In this document: positions 53,401 to 64,000 of the stretch, piece after piece | How positions within the stretch are numbered: the first letter of the stretch is position 1 | Layout: every line of letters starts with the position of its first letter | NCBI GenBank assembly: GCA_965644295.1 | Contig: CBFFRP010000053.1 | Span: 1 to 64,000 of the forward strand | From: Paraphysomonas bandaiensis | Taxonomy: Eukaryota; Protista; Chrysophyceae | Reading direction: 5' to 3' | DNA length: 64,000 bases | The notes under the pieces: generated by a model | What the model was told of the DNA's origin: nothing | The model's database searches: none | Seen by the model: the letters and a program-made list of their open reading frames with translations, nothing else | Made by a program: the position numbers and the translations under genes

Positions 53401-53616
53401 ATAGAGTCATTGCAAGGACTGGCCTGGATACTGGACGCTAGAGGCCTCAGTAACGAAGCCAGGCCGCTGCACGAGAAAGCCAGAGATATACGAAATAGAA
53501 TAGGTGGAAGCGAAAGGTCAGACGAGCTTTCAACTCCAGCCAAGGATGACCCCAAGCGGAATGCGGCAGCTTTATTAAGTAACTTGTCTTTGCTACTTAG
53601 CGAGAAAACTGAATGA
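47485..53616 (+). CDS. NLR-like STAND protein: N-terminal TM helix, NB-ARC-like NTPase, PX domain, long TPR array
   Basis: Three small 5' exons (MSLQYLKSAEILA|LQDIR|TAADATLEVLKPLNGASEK) splice in frame to the long ORF at 47794. TM AIYVLLIIVFLLLFFWIL. Walker A GEEAGLGKS (48451-48477), Walker B WLLIVDDVD, sensor VIFTSRN. PX-like WRVHRTYE...FP...RRAELAAFL...LLGF. Many kinesin-light-chain-type TPRs (G..HP.VA..LNNLA). Confidence 0.88.
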
Positions 53617-54105
53617 TTTCATATTGTATTATGTGACTTCGAATGCTCGTATTCTGTTGTTTATTGATATGCAGTTTGTATTCTGATTATAAATGACTTT
53701 TTTCTGTATCTTGGTACTACATGCTGAAGACTACTTGATCTTCGTTTTGAATGGTGTTTTGTGTGTTTAAGTTTTCTAATTTTTCCAATCTGGGATTGGT
53801 AATAGACCATATTTCACTTATTCAATAGTAACCAGCGATTTCGTTGAATTAACTAAGCAGTTGATGTAGCAATTTTTGTAATGGTTGTAGCTATTTATGA
53901 GGCATGAGAAGACTGTGTTTATTAATTACAAATGCAATGTATAAAATTTACTGTTCAAAGTATATAGAAAGACTACATTGACTTAAACGCATAGAAGGAA
54001 CAGCACTCAAAGTTAGACTAACTTGTATGAGTTTAATCAATATGTATATAGGATACAACTGATTCAATGTATATATAATTTACTTTGATTCAGGCGTGTT
54101 TACAC

Positions 54106-55216
54106 CAGGGATAGGGAAAAATATATTGCAATACAATTGTTAGATAGCGTTCCATCAATAGTATTGATGGAGTTCTTAAACCGGCCCTACAATACTTTTG
54201 CAATATATTGTACAATATATTGCCATATATTAGTATGGCTAATTAGTAAGTAAACACATCCGTAGTTTTTAGTACTTGTCATTATATGGTCTAAGGTCAC
54301 TTGATAATCGAACCCACTACTCTTAACTAATTAAAAGTTTCCTCATACTCATCCTCTGAGCCATCATCGGTGACATAATCATCACCATATTCATCCAATA
54401 TTAATTGAAATATGTTGAGTTCTGCTGTTGGAGCAATTAAAAGCTGTAATTCTAAGGTATTGGAAGTATGCCCGTTAGTCGAAGAATACAGTAGTGGTTA
54501 ACAGTATTATGAGAACTAACAACATGATGGCTACTGTAGTAGTGATCACACAAGATAGTGACGATGTAAGATCGTACGAGAAATGATTGGTCGTAGAGAT
54601 AACATGAAATTGATGAATGAGAAGAGATATTGATTATAATTTTATAGTAAGATTAATGAGTGAATACACGTCCAGCTAACTTAGTAAATCATCGAATTGT
54701 GTTATAACTTGACAAAATATGCTTGCATCCGGCCACAACTGTCGGTTAGCTTTCAGAAACAACAGCATATTAGGTGTAGTAGGATGCATACGTTTGCGCA
54801 ATAATGATATAATCAGTTTTGCTGCCCTGAACAGGCGTTCACATGTATTGGTAGTACATACTACATGACTCGTGCACCAATACTTAGATATTTCAACTTC
54901 CCGTTTCTTAAATTTTTGAGATGATTGAATAATTTTTTCCGCATAATAGCCAACTTCAGCTTCGTCATCCTCTGTATTGTTGCAAAAATCACTGTCTGAA
55001 CGGAGATTTACATAGATGGACTTATATTTTTTACCCTACAGTTATTAAGAAGCTTCCTCTATATGACTATCATACTATCATAATATTGATTGCTATATAT
55101 TGCAATATATTGTGAGCTACTTTAACAGTAACAATATTGATGGAATATTTGACCAATCAATATATTTAACAATATATTACACAATGTATTGTAAAATATA
55201 TTGTTCCCTATCCCTG
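54106..55216 (-). mobile_element. Second hAT non-autonomous element (same family as 11597-12397), with nested insertion
   Basis: Same CAGGGATAGGGAA TIRs. Minus-strand remnant VVCTTNTCERLFRAAKLIISLLRKRMHP..LNMLLFLKAN. Flanks GTTTACAC / ATTACCTT are not a clean TSD. Confidence 0.88.
54413..54714. mobile_element. Solo LTR (302 bp) inserted in the hAT element
   Basis: TGTTGAGTT...AACTTGACA termini. 5-bp TSD AAATA (54408-54412, 54715-54719). Absent from the sister hAT copy, which reads GAAATATGCT uninterrupted. Confidence 0.8.
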
Positions 55217-55422
55217 ATTACCTTTGAAGCAGTACTTTCATTATTATCATATTATCTACCTTATACTGCATTCAGCCAATTAAAAACAGTCATATATAAA
55301 CCACTTTAATTATACGCTTCTGAAATATGTCGTATTAAATAGCTATACACAGCATATTGGCTGAAACTAATTTAAAATAGAATAAATTTCAGTCGTCAAA
55401 ATGATAAACAAATAACACTGTT

Positions 55423-58400
55423 CTAAAACACGGTAGCACGCGCCGCCGTTCTCTTGGCTGCAGGTTTAGCTAACATTTCATCAACTGAATTGACTCTATA
55501 CGTTTGCTTGGGAACAGCTTGCAAGAGGTTTTCCCAGTGGCTATTCCTAACTTTCGCGATACAACAGCATACCAACGCTATATTTACATTCATCAGTAGC
55601 TTTAATGTCAGAATAAAACACATACCATTCGTCGAAGCGGATCGTACTGTCATTACCCGCACACGATCTTCCTCCTCAGGCGTCATTGCCCTGGCAAGGA
55701 AATTCTTGTCATCCGTAATATTTCCGCTTATAATAGAATCTACAGAAGCGCAATCGATTCCATCTGCTCCCCCCAAACTGGCAACAACACTTTCATTAGA
55801 TGCCTTGTTGAGCTTCATCATGACAGCTAGGGCTTCGTTACGACGTAGTTTCTCTATTTTCATCATCTCCACGAGACTGTGAAGGAGATATGGGCTCTGC
55901 ATCTGTGCTGCCTGGAGATGAGGCATCCCTAAGAACACCTGATCAATAGCATTCTGATCCACAGTGAATGTATATTCCTCATTCCTGCAGACACATGAAC
56001 TATACAAAGTATATAGCGTGGTTTTTCTTACCCCTGGAAGCAAAATGCATTAATTTTGATGCACTCTTCTCTTGGAAGCCAGTACACGACAAGGTTGATC
56101 GGCTCACCTCCCATCCTGAGTGTCAACTGTGATATCACTTGGTCGTCTATGTCTTTGTTAATCATTCTCTCCAGCATAGAGTATTTCTCAGGAAGAGAGT
56201 CACTTATATGCGATCTGATATCCTCTATAGAGTTAGAACGCAAATTCAGGGAGTCCGCAGAACCATGCTTTGTACTTGTTTCCTGTGCTACCTCTGTTAT
56301 CATCTTTCGTGTCTCAAAATCATCATCGTCATCACTACTAGTATTATGGACACTTCTGTTTGAGTCACTGTCGTCTGATGAGTCACAGATATTGGACGAG
56401 CTCTTTATGATATCACTCGGCTTAAGGATACGAGGACTCTCTGTTGTATCAAACTTTGGAACAAACTTGGGAATTCTATACTTCTCATTTACAACCATAG
56501 CTCCGCGCTTTTCAGCAGCATTCTGAGCAGATATCTGAAACTTGCGTACCAGAGTCTGCATGCGGCGCTTGCGCTCGGTCTTTCGAGCGAGTCGATCATT
56601 TTCCGAGGTCTGTCTATTCCTTCCTCGTGTCGAAGTTACTGGTGCAAACTGGACCCCTCCTGACTTTCCAGCGCCTCCCAATGAAAGATCAAGCTTATTT
56701 TGCATGTCGGGATTCATTGAATACACAGATGCCTGATGTCGAACAGCTGGGCCACGGGCAACTTTCATGAGTTGAAGTACCAGTTGCTGCGGAGCACAAG
56801 GACATGGGGATTCAACCACATTACTCTGTAGAGAGGTCATACAGAAATACAAAACTTCTAGATTACACTCACCGCCTGCATAGAAAGCCGGTGGAATGCC
56901 ATCCACTCTTGATACTGTCTGACTCCTTTTCCAAGCAGTTGCACTCCAGACTGCACTGCTGTATCATTCCGTTCAGCTGTAGCGGAGGTCTGAGGTCTAG
57001 ATGGCGGGAACGTGTGTTTAACTGTGCCACCATTTCCAGGGAGGGATATCGTCACACCATTCATAATCTTTCGGCTACTACTACTATCACCAGCTTCCTG
57101 TTTCATACCGAGAAGGTAGTTCCAGTCAGCATCAGTATTCTCATAAGTTTGAGCGGCGTACTCAGCAGCAGACATTTGAAGCTTCCTCCACACTGACCGA
57201 CACTCCAACGCTGTCAGTGCAGCTTTCATCTCATCACAGTCCATCGACTGCCATGCTTCAGCATTAGAAGAAACTGAAGGGGATTCTGTACTTGGCTGTT
57301 GAGTATTGAAAGGTACACGGTTGAGAGATTCACTCTTCTTGTGTCGCGAATTGTGTCTTGGGCTAGGAGCACTCGAACTTGGTGGGACCACAACATCATC
57401 ACTATTCGCTGTCACTGCCCGGTCCATTGCCTGAGCAAGGGCGCTCCCAGTGTGAATATACAATTGCCTCATCCAGCGCTCTGTTAGAGAGAAATTCTTC
57501 TGAACGTATTGCTTCGTGGTCGTGTTGTCCATGCTTCGTCTCCTAGACATTCCGCCTGTGCTCTCTTTCGGGTCACTATCATGAAGATTTGCACTGGCAT
57601 TTCGATCTTCATGTATAGGAATTATATCCCCTGTGGCTAGGTTTACCTCTTTAGAGTGGATTTCTGTGTCTTCTGAAGGTGGATTCTGGACAGCGATATT
57701 AGCAGCAGAGGCAACGTGTTTGCCATTTGTAGCAGCAGATGCTATATCCTCCTCAAGAGCGTAGTTTAGGTCAAGCAAGAGACTACGCATTTGTCGGCGT
57801 TGCTTCTCGAGTGCACTCACTTCTTTCTGCAAAATCGCTATATCAGAGAGAGTTTTCTCATTCGCAGACTGAGTATTGAAGTTGAGTGTGCTGAGGGCAA
57901 GTTTAAAAGAATGGGCGTGAATCATTCCCTTGCCTCCTTGTCGATTTGTACTCTCTGTGATAGCCTTAATATCGCAGGCGAGAGATCTAAGTGCCACCCA
58001 CTCTCCCACAAATCCTTCAAGTGATGATAGTGCAGCCATTGATGCGCTGGAATCCATGTCTGCAGTCAACCAGACCTGCAGCGCTGGCCACACAGAACTC
58101 CATCGTGAATACGTTTTAAGCATTTCAGTCTTGGCCAGAGTACACTGTTGTATACTCTCCTTCGTGTTAGACTCCCATCCGCCACCCATATTTGCAATGG
58201 CAGTTATGTGCTCTTCCACTGCAGACAGCTGCTCCAGTATACTGGCTTTGAGACTTCGCACCTCATTCATTTCACGCTAAACCTTTATTACCAACAACGA
58301 TATGACATATGACATCTTTACACACCTGATTCACTTCTTTCGCCTTTTCAAGAAGTGTACCAAAGCTCTCAATCTTCTCGTGTATTTCATCTAGACGATA

Positions 58401-58736
58401 TGCAGCTGGTATCCACGTTAATGCAACCACAACAATGTGAAACACTATTTGTACTTACACTGGTTCATATCTCGTCGAATAAGTTTCTGACGTGCTCTAT
58501 TCGCATCTAAAACTTTTAAAACTCGACGCTTCTTCCTATCAAGAACCTCCAACTCCCGCTCCATCCCTTTAATTTTGTCATTATACTTACTCAACTGGGC
58601 ATCTATTTCCATTTCTTCTCGTTTAATCTGTATGATCAGAAACATCATAAGAAACTGTATATATATGAGTTTATACATCACTTACTTTACTGATATTAGC
58701 CTTACGGCTATCCTCCTCATGTGTGTGAGATATCAT
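55423..58736 (-). CDS. Uncharacterised multi-exon protein with N-terminal coiled coil
   Basis: MISHTHEEDSRKANISK|IKREEMEIDAQLSKY... The ORFs at 58445, 56858, 56028 and 55423 are joinable by short GT-AG introns. No family recognised. Confidence 0.65.
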
Positions 58737-59731
58737 AATTCACAACTGGAACTGCTATATATACAGTTAGTTATATAACATAACAAGATAACTATCTATA
58801 CAACTGTATATATAACTATACACACACGCATACACATATACATAGAGTGAGAGAGGGATGACAATACTGTGAACATCAGATGTTAAATACACAGTCCGTT
58901 ACTTGATAATTACACATACCTCTACATACATACATACACATGACTATACAGTTAACTTACCAGATAATAAGACACTACACTGTGCGATAAGATCCTATCA
59001 ATTCACTACTGTTTACAATCTCATTATATAGATGTTGTTAATAGATTCATAGTGATGAAGTTGTATCATATATATATGAGCTCCTCCACAGTGTTATTAA
59101 TATATGGAACGACTCGTCTATATATACATACATATACATACATATACATGTACATTGACAGAATTGATGAACGTATTTTTTTATATGAGAGGACTCTTAT
59201 ATATGAAATTGATCGTTAAGGAATACCATCCTGTTAAAAGTAACGTTTGTTTTTGACTTTCTATTCAGTATTTTCCTAGATTTTTATTGTGAATACAACA
59301 CTGTATTCTACGGTATTGTATTGGGCATCGCATCTGTGAACTACAGTGTATACCTAATACTACAAAGAGTAGAGTAGCTTGATTGAAAATGGGGAATACA
59401 TCGTATACAGTGCGGTAGTCAGTAGGCTTCTTCTATGTGTTTTGTACGTAGTTGTGGTATGGTAGAGTAGAGTATGATAGTGTAGTGTGAGGTGATGGTG
59501 GGGTATGTATGTCAGATGTCAGTATATACGAGGTGTGTAGTATGCTGTGGTTCTATATGTATGTGTATGTATAGTAGTATGCAGCAGTATGTATATATAT
59601 ATGCAGCCGTACATTGCTATGCATATACATACATAGAGAGGCTCCAGCCCTCTGCATATCAACCACAACATTCCTACACCATACCATACAACACTAAATA
59701 ACCTCCACTATTATACTACAATTAAATAACA

Positions 59732-60720
59732 ATGAGAGTTCTTGTTGGAGTGAAGAGAGCAGTTGATTATGCAGTGAAAGTACGTGTACTTCCTGATAAA
59801 ACGGGTACAATATACACCAATGCACACATACATACATAACACTAACATATATATATATATAATTATAGGAGTTGATTTAGCGAATGTTAAGATGTCAATG
59901 AATCCTTTTTGTGAGATTGCTGTGGAAGAAGCCATTCGATTGAAAGAAAAGAAAGTTGCTAAAGAGGTAATGTGTATGTTTAGATAATTCATTGATTGTA
60001 TATCATATAATTCACTTTATTAATAGGTTGTTGCGATTTCTATTGGACCAAAAGCATGTGTAGAGACCCTTCGAACTGCACTTGCAATGGGTGCTGACAA
60101 AGGTATCCATGTGACAACTGATGTGAGGACCGATCAGGGCATCTCCCCATTGGCTGTGTCCAATATCATTGCCCACTTTGCGAAGAACGAGGAGGCGGAT
60201 CTTGTCATCGTCGGCAAACAAGCTATTGATGGTGATAATGCCCAGACTGGCCCTATGGTTGCAGGTCTTCTTGGGTGGTCTCAGGGAACTTTTGCCTGTG
60301 GCATGGAGGTCGATGGCCAGGTGAGCATCTCATGTAGCGCTGATTTGAGCTAACAGAAAATTTCATATGCAGAAGCTTATTCTGGACAGAGAGACTGACA
60401 GTGGCACGGAGAAGCTCTCCCTTAAGTTGCCATCTGTCGTCACTGCTGACCTTCGCCTGAATGAGCCTCGATACGCGACCCTTCCCAATATCATGAAGGT
60501 GACGTGTGTGTGTAGTGCGTGTGACGGACGTAACGCTTTATGTGATTAGGCCAAGAAGAAGCCTATTAATACTGTGGACGCAGCCTCTCTTGGTATTGAT
60601 ATGGAACTCAAGAACACTGTTGTGAGTGTTGAGGATCCCCCAGTGAGGAAGGCTGGTGTGATAGTGGAGTCGGTGGATGAGCTGGTCAACAAGCTCAAGA
60701 ACGAGGCCGGTGTTATTTAA
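59732..60720 (+). CDS. ETFB: Electron transfer flavoprotein beta subunit, 5 exons
   Basis: [103 protein letters not shown]. Confidence 0.96.
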
Positions 60721-61042
60721 GTGTATTGGCTGCAAATTTACTGTGTGCTTGTTAACCGTAGCCGAGTACTATGAGGACCAAGTTAATAATTACTATGTTG
60801 AATACATGATCGTTCTTGTTGGGTATCAGAAATCGCATGTTCTCACGCCTAGTCGAGTACTTAGCCTTCAGTCAATGGTCGAAGCTATAGAGTATATAAA
60901 ATAGCTTCGATCATTACGTCGATTGAGTTTAGTAAAGAGTAAAGTTAAAATGTTTCCTACTATGATGTTTCCACGTGACTTTTTTTTCTCTCCCTCACAC
61001 ACCAATTTGGACCACACTGAACAAGATAGTAGTGAATGTCTG

Positions 61043-62490
61043 ATTATTAGCAGTAGGCGTTTAAGAGTCAGGACTAATGTACCAAAATATAACAGCCCGG
61101 ATGCTTGACTTCCGTAGGCAGTCCAGTATCCCGGATGCCTTTGAGGTGGGCCTATTCCCGGATGCCTGTTTTTTCGTCAAGGCTCAAAGATGTCTACACA
61201 AGTGACACTATTTAGTGTCCCTTGTACCACACAATCATTTGGTTATGAGCGAGCAGAACGTTATCTGTTGACTATATATGCGGCTCCCGTTAGTTTCCCA
61301 GGGAGAATCTCTCCGGTACTTATCCCCCATATATTGAAAGTCTTATTATTAGCAATAGGCGTTAAAAACCTGCACTAACTTAGTAGCTAGATGAATGCTA
61401 GACAAACTAGTTAGACCTCTACCTGTAACTAATCCGTACACACTTTTTTATCCTACTATTTAACGCTACGGAAGCTGCTTGTGCGTCGCCGCAAGCACCA
61501 AGGTGCGACCACTTCCGCTCTGAGTTCTTAAGGTGAACATCCCGGATGCTTGACTTCAGCAGGCAGCCCAATACCCCGGTTACCCTTCAGGTGGGCCCTG
61601 TCCCGGATGCCCTTGAGGTGGACCCATTCCCGGATGCCTGTTTATTCGTCAGGGCCCAAAGACGTCTACACAAGTGACACTTATTGGTGTCCCTTGTACC
61701 ACACAAGCATTCGGCTATGAGTGGGCAGAAGAATATCTGCTGACTATGTTTGCGGCTCACGTTAGTTTCCCATGAGAAATAACTTCGGTACTTATCCCCC
61801 AGAACACCACGAAAAGGTGCGAGTCCGACTTTGTTGAGGGACTTATCCCCCATAACACCACAAAAAGGCTGCGAGGCCGACTTTGTTGAGGGGTATAGTA
61901 TGTCTTTTGTATATTATATATCATATATGGTATATGGGTATAGTATGTAGTATACCGAGTGAAGGTACTGTTGGTTTGCATATAATTATAAGGTACTGTT
62001 GGTTTGCAAATACATTCATCTTTCTACATTGTGGTAAAACCGTGGATACTTATTGTGCCAGAGGCAATGCTTTGTTTTGAACATCAGTGGAATAGATGAA
62101 TACAAATGACGTAGCAGTGTTAACTAACTATATATTGTCTCTGAGGTGTTCAAGACAAGAAGCAGAAATTGACATTTAACCAAGTGTGAAATGACACTGC
62201 AAAAACTACAAACTGTAAACCACATAACTAGTCTACAATTATTTAGAATGCAATTAGAAATTTTAGGTAGTGAATATCTTATTAGCAATAGGCGCGTAAG
62301 AGACAGAACTAATTTAGCAGAGAAATTTAACTAACTAGTGCTTAACCCTTATATCCTACTACTTTTAATGCTACGAAAGTGCTTGTGCGTCACCGGCATC
62401 GGCTGATTTCAGGATTTTGGAGTACTTGAGGTGAAGAGCCTGGATGCTTGACATCACAGTCCAGTATCCCGGATACCGTTGAGGTGGGTA
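61043..62490 (-). mobile_element. Cluster of three same-orientation copies of the SINE-like family (61043-61328 deleted, 61331-61894 full with duplicated end, 62278-62490 diverged)
   Basis: Shared blocks ATTATTAGCA(A/G)TAGGCG, ATCCTACTA...GCTACG, GGATGCTTGAC, CCCGGAT(G/A)CC and, in the full copy, GAGTCCGACTTTGTTGAGGG. Confidence 0.8.
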
Positions 62491-62965
62491 ACAACGCCTG
62501 TTTACCATTAATTGTTAATTGTTACAAGGCCGTATATATATTATATATCTGTATGTGCTGATAATCGTGTTAATTTTATTGTATTTCATTTAGGAAATTA
62601 TATACAATAAACAAACCAATAGTGTAGTTTTGTGTTTCGTTTTGGGCCCATTAATCGGTAACTTGTTCTCCTAATCACCATTAATGGGTACCCAACTTTG
62701 ATACCTTTTAAACCTTCACTATACTACAATTGATATTTCATTCATTTACTCCTTTTTATATAGTTATCAAAGAATCTTCTTACAGTGTTGACTAGAATAT
62801 ATGATGTCAACATGAATAACCGTGATTGAATTTATTTTACTTATATGCTCTGAACAGTTACACTCGCTAAAATTAATAATACAACTGAAGTATGCAGGTA
62901 ATGCATGACATACAATATTCAAGCAACCTTCCTAATATTTCATATGTCAATATATATACGATGCT

Positions 62966-64000
62966 CTACAAATTCCGTTTTTTTAGCTTAGGAATCGCCA
63001 CCGATTGTAATCTCATTTTAGCACGTAAATCGGCCGCACCTTTGCTAGGAGATTTAATGTCGCTTTTACGTACAATTTTTCTTGGCGGCAGCGCAATATC
63101 TATATATACAATTAGAAAAGAACAATACATGACATAAATAACCATCGTACCAGAAGAATGGCTTTCATCGTCTTCATTGATGACAGAGAGTCGTGATACA
63201 GAAGAATTGTCACGAGTCTTCTTAGAAAGTTTTCTTTTAGCGCAAGATACAGACGTCACATCAGAAACTGAAATATCAGACTTCTTTCCGGAGTCGTTTA
63301 GTTTATCCTCTGTGTCATCATTCCATGACTGAGACGTTGCAACTTTACTATGCAAAGTCATTTTTCTATTTTGAGTTTTCGGTTTTGAGTCTGCAGTAGC
63401 CGAGTTTTTCTTAACTGACGTTTTTTTCTTACTTCTACCTTTCTTCTTACTTATTGCTTTCGCAGCTTCATCAAAAATGGAAGTATCGATATTTGATGTA
63501 CAGGCTATATCATCGTCACTCTCCAAGTCCGGTGGAGGAACCTCAATATCAAGCGCACTACTTGAACCATTCAATATAGTAGGTTGTTCAACAAAAGGTA
63601 AAGCAGCGCCACAGCCTTGCTCCTTTTGAGAGTTACTCGCATCTTTATCAACTGAATCTGTGGTATCACTAGATGATTGAATACTATCCTCAATTTCGTT
63701 GACAGATTCTGAATGCTCTGAAGGCATAAGTCGTTTTGACTTTCTTTGCTTCTTATTTGATACACAGCCTTGCTCCTTTTGAGAGTCACTGACGTCTTTC
63801 TCAGCTGCATCTGTGGTCTCACGAGATGACTGACTACTATCCCCAATATCGTTTACAGATTCTGAATGCTCCGAAGGCATAAGTCGTTTTGATTTTCTCT
63901 GAGTTTTACTAGTTGGCGCTGTATCACTTGCTGCTTTACAGTCAGATTTTTCTGGCAGCTCTGACTTGCCTTGATCTTCACCTGAAATTTCAGTATCAGA
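62966..64000 (-). CDS. 3' part of a Ser/Lys/Asp-rich low-complexity protein with internal 51-aa repeats (5' end outside the window)
   Basis: The frame appears to stay open towards the window end. MPSEHSESVN...SQKEQGC repeated with a 153-bp period. A probable small intron lies near 63100-63150. Confidence 0.6.
   Translation of the reverse strand, partial: SDTEISGEDQGKSELPEKSDCKAASDTAPTSKTQRKSKRLMPSEHSESVNDIGDSSQSSRETTDAAEKDVSDSQKEQGCVSNKKQRKSKRLMPSEHSESVNEIEDSIQSSSDTTDSVDKDASNSQKEQGCGAALPFVEQPTILNGSSSALDIEVPPPDLESDDDIACTSNIDTSIFDEAAKAISKKKGRSKKKTSVKKNSATADSKPKTQNRKMTLHSKVATSQSWNDDTEDKLNDSGKKSDISVSDVTSVSCAKRKLSKKTRDNSSVSRLSVINEDDESHSSGTMVIYVMYCSFLIVYIDIALPPRKIVRKSDIKSPSKGAADLRAKMRLQSVAIPKLKKRNL

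Noticed and set aside
56028-56906. Apparent frameshifts between overlapping ORFs (also 10692, 22160/22321, 36438)
   Set aside because: Explained by short canonical GT-AG introns, so there is no need to invoke recoding or pseudogenes.

Overview
Gene-dense eukaryotic nuclear DNA with short GT-AG introns (about 45-150 bp), the standard genetic code and abundant (CATA/TATG)n microsatellites. IFT57 plus the gene repertoire suggest a flagellated stramenopile, possibly chrysophyte/ochrophyte-like (inference). Bases 1-8856 are a near-perfect head-to-tail array of a 2291-bp unit. I read this unit as a non-autonomous, internally deleted Crypton-type (tyrosine-recombinase) DNA transposon: its junctions carry a single TATGG core between perfect 15-bp inverted arms, and the array ends in a (TATG)n tract. 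About 15 protein genes follow: GT47 exostosin-like, IFT57, DUF501, a secreted protein with a SIL1-like motif, an intronless Flavobacteria-like CtlX amidinotransferase, RsmE, a DTW protein, a GT31 galactosyltransferase, a giant secreted Ig/FG-GAP/Calx-beta protein, a copine/RGLG-type vWA protein, a TBC-like protein, a TM-NB-ARC-PX-TPR NLR-like protein, a coiled-coil protein, ETF-beta and a truncated repeat protein. Other mobile DNA: two hAT deletion derivatives (one carrying a nested solo LTR) and a SINE-like family that shares a structured tail with a longer element. No rRNA, tRNA or CRISPR array was recognised. All family assignments are by-eye motif recognition and exon boundaries are manual; no database search was run.
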